Shown here one piece after another: positions 58,001 to 64,000 of a stretch of DNA of 64,000 bases (position 1 is the stretch's first letter; the number at the start of each line of letters is the position of its first letter). The notes beneath the pieces are model-generated. The model made no database searches. It saw nothing but the letters and a program-made list of their open reading frames with translations, and was not told the origin of the DNA. The position numbers and the translations under genes are program-made. The stretch is taken from NCBI RefSeq assembly GCF_009914755.1, contig NC_060940.1, one strand, 5' to 3'. The stretch is from the human T2T-CHM13v2.0 reference genome, Homo sapiens.

Positions 58001-61000
58001 ATGATGATTCCTTTCAAGTTCATTAGATGATTCCATTCGATTCCATTTGATGATGATCCCATTCGAGTCCATTCAGTGATTCCATTCGTTTCCATTCCAT
58101 GATGATTCCATTCCTTTCCATTCAATGATTCCATTCGATTCCGTTTGATGATGATTTCATTCGAGTCCATTTGATGATTCCATTTGATTCCATTCGATGA
58201 TGATTCCATTCGAGTCCATTCGATGATTCTATTCGAATCCATTTGATGATTTCTTTTGATTATAGTTGGTGATGATTCCATTGGAGTCCATTCAATGATT
58301 CCATTCTATTCCAATCGATGATGATTCCATTAGAGTCCATTTAATGATTCCATTTGATTCCAGTCTCTGATGATTACATTCGAGTCCATACGATGATTCC
58401 ACTCAATTCCATATGATGATGATTCCATTTGATTCCATTCGGTGATTCCATTCTATTCTATTCAATGGTGATTCCATTCGAGTACATTAGATGATTCCAT
58501 TCGATTCCATTCAATGATGATTCTATTTGTGTCCCTTAGATGATTCCACATGATTCCATTAGATGATGATACTATTTGAGCCCATCCAATGATTCCCTTC
58601 GATTCCATTCGATGAGGATTCCATTCGATTCAATTCATTGGTGATTCTATTCAATTCAATTCTTTGATTCCATTCCATTCCATTCGACAATGATTCCATT
58701 CGATTTCTTTCGATGATTCCACTCGATTCCACTTGACATTGATTCCATTCGATTCCATTCAATGATTCCATTTGATTCCAGTGGATGATGATTGCCATCG
58801 ATTCCATTCGATCACTCCATTCTATTCCATTTGATGATGATTACATTCGATTCCATTTGATGATTCCATCTGATTCTATTCGAGGATTCCATTTGATTCC
58901 ATTCGATGATGATTCCATTCGAGTCCATTCGATGATTTCATTCGAGTACATCCAATGATTCCATTCGAGTCCATTAGATGATTCCATTTGATTCCATTTG
59001 AAAATGATTCTACTAGAGTCCATTCAATGACTCCATTCGAGTCCATTCAACAATTCCATTCGACTCCATTCGATGATTCCATTCGATTCCATTTGATGGT
59101 TCCATTCGAGTCCATTTAATCATTACAGTCGAGTCCATTTGGTGATTCCACTGGATTTCTTTTGATAATGATACCATTCAATTACATTTGATGATGATCC
59201 CATTCAATTTCATTTGATGATGATTCCATTAGAGTCCATTCGATGATTTCATTCGAGTCCCTTCATTGATTCCATCCGATTTCATTGGATGATGACTCCA
59301 TTCGAGTCCATTCGATGATTCCACTCGATTCCATTAGATGACTCCATTGGAGTCCATTTGATTGTTCCATTCGATTCCATTCGATTCCTTTCGAAGATTA
59401 TTCCATTTGAGTCCATTCGATGATGATTCCATTCCATTCCATTCGATGATTCCGTTTGATTCCATTCGATGATTCCCTTCGATTCCTTTCTTTGATGATT
59501 CCATTCCATTCCATTCAATGATTCCATTCGAATCTATTCCATGATGATTCCTTTCGATTCCATTCGCTGATGTTTCCGTTCAATTCCATTCGATGATGAT
59601 TCCATTCGATTCCATTCATTGAGGATTCCATTTGATTCCATTCAATGATGATTCCATTCTATTCCATTCAATGATTGCATTCAATTCCATTCAATGATTA
59701 TCCCCTTAGAGTAAACTCAACGATTCCATTCAATACCATTCGATGATGATTCCTTTTGAGTCCATTCAATGATTTCATTCAAGTCCATTTGATGATTCCT
59801 TTCAATTCCATTCTATGATGATTCCATTCGAGTCCATTCGATGATTCCATTCGATTGCATTCGATGATTCCATTATATTCCATTCAACGGTGATTCCATT
59901 CGAGTCCATTCCATGATTCCATTAGAGTACATTTAATGATTGCTTTGTTTTCAATTCGAAGATGATTACATTGGATTCCATTCTATGATACCATTCGATT
60001 CCATTCAATGATGATTCCACTCAAATCCATTGGATGATTCCATTCGTGTCCATTCGGTGATTTCATTAGATTCCATTCGAGGATGATTCCATTCGATTCC
60101 ATTCGATGATTCCATTCAATTCCATTCGATGATGATTCCATTCCAGTCCATATGATCATTCCATTTGATTTCATTCGATGATGATTCCATTCGATTCGAT
60201 TCGACGATTCCATTCTATTCCATTCGATGATGATTCCATTCGAGTCCATTCGATCATTCCATTCGAGTCCATTTAATGATTCCATTGGGTTCAATTCAAT
60301 GATGATTACATTGGATTCCGTTCTATGATTCCATTCAATTCCGTTCATTGACAATTTGATTCCATTCGATGATGATTCCATTTGAGTTCATTCGATGATT
60401 CTATTCGATTCTCTTCGATGGTGATTCAATTCTATTATATTGGATGATTCCATTCGATTCCATTTGATGTTGATTCAATTCGATTCTATTCGATGATGAT
60501 TCCATTGGATTTCACTTGATGATTCTATTCGATTCCATTCAATGATGATTCACTTCTCGTCCATTGGATGATTCCATTTCATTCCATTCGATGGTGATTC
60601 CATTCGATTCCATTCGATGATTCCATTTGATTCCATGCGACGGTGAGCAATTCGATTCAATTCCATGATGATTCTATTTGATTCAATTAGATGATGTTTC
60701 CATTCGAATCCATTCCATGATTATTCCATTGGAATCCATTCGGCGATGATTCCATATGAGTCAATTCAATGATGATTCCATATGGGTCCGTTCGATGATA
60801 ATTCCATTTGATTTCATTCGATGCTTCTATTCTATTCCAGTCGATGATGATTCCGTTGGAGTCCATACGATGATTCCATTTGATTTCATTTGATGATGAT
60901 TCCATTCGATGATGATTACATTGGATTCCATTCTATGATTCCATTCAATTCCATTCGTTGATGATTCGATTCCATTCAATGATGATTCCATTTGAGTTCA

Positions 61001-61120
61001 TTCGATGATTCTATTCGATTCCGTTCGATGGTGATTCAATTCTATTATATTGGATGATTCCACTCGATTCCATTTGATGATTATTCCATTGGAGTCCACT
61101 TAGTGAATCCTTTAGATTCT
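55009..61120 (+). repeat. Higher-order unit 10 (6,112 bp)
   Basis: Marker ORF 55076 to 61188. ACTCGACGAT restarts at 61121. Confidence 0.95.
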
Positions 61121-64000
61121 ACTCGACGATGATTCCATTCGAGTCCATTCGATGATACCATTCAATTCCATTCGTTGATGCTTCCATTCAAGTGCATTCG
61201 ATGATATCATTCGATTCCATTTGATGATAATTCCATTTGATTCCATGCGATGATTCTATTCGATTCCATTCAATGATAATTCCATTCAATTCAGTGATTC
61301 CTCTGGACTCCATTTGATGATGATTCCATTCAATGATTCCATTCGATTCTATTCGAAAATGATTCCATTTGAATCCATTTGATGATGATTCCATTAGATT
61401 CCATTTGATGATTCCATTCGATTCCATTCGACGATGATTCCATTCGATTCCGTTTGATGATTCCATTCTATTCTATTCGATGATGATTCCATTCGATTCC
61501 ATTCGATGATGATTGGATTCGATTCCATTTGATGATTTCATTTGATTCCATTCGTTAATGATTTCGATCAATTCCATTCGATGATTCCATTCGATTCCAT
61601 TCGATAATGATTACATCCGAGTCCATTCGATGATTCCCTTTGAGCCTGTTCGATAATTCCATTTGAGTCCAACCAATGATTCCATTCATTTCCATTCAAT
61701 GATTCCATTCGAGTCCATTTGATCATTCCGGTAGGGTCCATTCGATGTTGATTCCATTGGAGTGCATTCGATGATTCCATTCGAGTCCATTTTAGGATTT
61801 GATTCGAGTCCTTTCGATGATTCCATTCGATTCCACTCGATGATGATTTCATTCGAGTCCATTCGACACTTCCAATCGATTCCATTTGATGATTCCATTC
61901 GAGTCCAATTGATGATTCCATTCAATTCCATTCGATGATGATTCCGTACGATTCCATTCTGTGATGATTCCATGTGATTGCATTCAATGATGATTCCTTT
62001 CGATTGCATTCGATTATGATTCATTTCGTGTTCATTCTATGGTTCCACAGGTTTCCATTCGTGTCCATTCCATTATTCCATTCTATTCCATTTGATGATG
62101 ATTCCATTCGATTCCATTCATTGGTGATTCCACTCAATTCCATTCAATGATTCCATTCCATTTCTTTCAACAATGATTCCATTAGTTTCTAATCGATGAT
62201 CCACTTGATTCCATTTGACGACGATTCCATTCTTGTCCATTCGATGATTCCATTTGATTCCATATGATGATGATTCCATTCGATTCCATACCATGATGAT
62301 TCCATTCGAGTCCATTCAACGGTGATTCCATTCAATTCCATTCGATGATTCCTTTCGATTCCATTCGATGATGATGGCATTCGATTCCTTTCAATCATTC
62401 CCTTTGATTCCATTCAAAGGTGATTTCATTCAAGTCCATTCGATAATTGCATTCGATTCCATTCTATGATGATTCCATTCGAGTCCATTTGATGATTCCA
62501 TTCAATTCAAGTCAATGATGATTCCATTCGATTCCATTCGATGATTCCATTGGATTCCATTCGATGATGATTCCATTCAAATCCATTCGATAATTCAATT
62601 CAAGTCCATTCGATGATGATTCCAATCGAATCCATTCAAAGATTCCATTCAGTTCCATTCGATGATTCCCTTAGATTCCATTCGATGATTCCACTTGATT
62701 GCATTTACGATGATTCCATTCGATTCCATGTGATGATTCCATTCAATTCTATTCAACGATGTCTCCATTTGATTCCATTCGACCATGATTGCCTTTGATT
62801 CCATTCAATGATTCCATTCGGTTCCGTTTGATGATGATTCCGTTCGATTCCATTTGATGATTCCATTTGATTCCATTGGATGAGTCCATTCGATTACATT
62901 CGATGATTATTCCATTCGAGTGCATTAGATGATTCCATTCGAGTCCATTCGATGATTCCATTCGATTCCATTCGATGTTGATTCTGTTCAAATCCATTCG
63001 ATGATTCCACTCGATTCCATTCGTTGACTCCATTTGATCCCATTCGATGATTTCCTTTGATTCCCTTTGATGATCATTCCATTTGATTCAATTCGGTGAT
63101 TTCATTTGATTCCATTCAGTGATGTTTCCATTCGACTCCATTCGATGATGATTCCATTCGACTCCATTCGATTATGATTTCATTCAATTCCATTCGATAA
63201 TGATTCCCTTCGAGTCCATTCGATGATTCCATTCGATTCCATTCAACGATGATTTGATTCGTGTCCATTCGATGATTCCATTTGATTCCACTTGATGATG
63301 ATTCCATTCGAGTCCATTTGATGATTCCATTCAATTCCATACTCCGATGATTTCTTTTGAGCCCACTCAATGCTTCCACTCGATTCCATATGATGATGAC
63401 TCCATTCGATGAAATTCGATGATGATTCCATTCGCTTGCTTTCGATGATGATTCCACTTGAGTCCGTTAGAAGATTCTATTCAATTACATTCCATGACGA
63501 TTCCGTTCGAGTCCATTTGATGATTCCATTAGACTCCATTCGACGATGATTCCATTCGATGTTATTCGATGATTCCATTCGATCTCATTCGATGATGATT
63601 CCATTCAACTCCATTCGATGTTTCCATTCGAGTTCATTCTATTATTCCATTAGATTCCATTCGATGATGATTCCATTCGATTCCATTTGATGATTGCATT
63701 CTATTTCATTTGATGATGATTCCATTCGAGTCCACTCGATGATTCCATTCGAGTCCATTTAATGAATCCATTGGTTTCAATTCTATGATGATTACATTGG
63801 ATTCCATTCGTTGATGATTTCATTCGGTTCCATTCAATGATGATTCCATTCAATTCCTTTCAATGTTTCCATTCAATTCCATACGATGATGATTCCATTT
63901 GATTTGATTCGACAGTGAGCCATTCGATTCAATTCCATGATGATTCTATTTGATTCAATTGGTTGACATTTCCATTCGATTCCATTCGATGATGATTCCC
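61121..64000 (+). repeat. Higher-order unit 11, partial (2,880 bp, cut by the window edge)
   Basis: Colinear with unit 1 positions 1-2880; ends in GATGATTCCC as at 2871-2880. Confidence 0.95.

Larger units (their letters stand above)
1..64000 (+). repeat. Human satellite II (HSat2/HSATII) pericentromeric array, CATTC strand on +; probably HSat2B-type (chr16-like 6.1-kb unit)
   Basis: Continuous degenerate (GATTCCATTC)2-GAT(GAT) 23/26-bp units with abundant CATTCGATTC and CATTCGAGTC. These distinguish HSat2 from HSat3, which is dominated by CATTCCATTC. No interruption seen from base 1 to 64000. The subfamily and chromosome call is inferred from the 6.1-kb period. Confidence 0.97.

Noticed and set aside
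68-63457. Numerous minus-strand ORFs (60-152 aa, MESSSNGIEWNHRM-type repeats)
   Set aside because: They are direct translations of GAATG/GAATC satellite, which is ATG-rich and stop-poor on that strand. They overlap in several frames, are low-complexity, and appear or vanish with single SNVs. There is no coding evidence. Database 'proteins' of this kind are known artefacts of human satellite contamination.
1-64000. CRISPR-like or other repeat-spacer array
   Set aside because: There is no constant repeat separated by unique spacers, the entire sequence is satellite-derived, and there are no cas genes.
1-64000. HSat3 or alpha-satellite identity, or a telomeric repeat
   Set aside because: CATTCCATTC runs are only sporadic (e.g. 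~3661, ~4421). I saw no 171-bp monomer, CENP-B box or TTAGGG tract.
1-64000. Embedded transposon, inversion or unique-sequence island
   Set aside because: Unit spacing is fully accounted for (6112 +/- 10), and CATTC polarity never flips. I saw no poly-A tail, Alu or L1 sequence.
24449-64000. Possibility that near-identical units are a purely artefactual assembly expansion
   Set aside because: The units carry distinct SNV combinations, which is consistent with real copies. Read-level confirmation is still needed to exclude this fully.

Overview
The whole 64 kb window is one uninterrupted, single-orientation array of human-type classical satellite II (HSat2/HSATII). It is built from diverged CATTC-derived 23/26-bp units (GATTCCATTC-GATTCCATTC-GAT[GAT], often with GAGTCCATTC). 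These are organised into a near-identical 6,112-bp higher-order unit repeated about 10.5 times, with unit starts at 1, 6113, 12235, 18337, 24449, 30561, 36673, 42785, 48897, 55009 and 61121. A ~6.1-kb period matches what I recall for the HSat2B array of the chromosome 16 pericentromere; this assignment is from memory and was not searched. All ORFs in the track are translation artefacts of the satellite. I found no genes, RNA genes, transposons, CRISPR arrays or inversions, and no evidence of a new gene system. What can be read from the window is its evolutionary structure. There are two 10-bp slippage indels, a left-to-right gradient from more diverged to more homogeneous units, and a hidden 12,224-bp two-unit periodicity in SNV sharing. 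There are also mosaic tracts shared between units, and old internal duplications (610-bp and 2,840-bp offsets) inside the 6.1-kb unit. Variants were read by eye, so the lists are not exhaustive.
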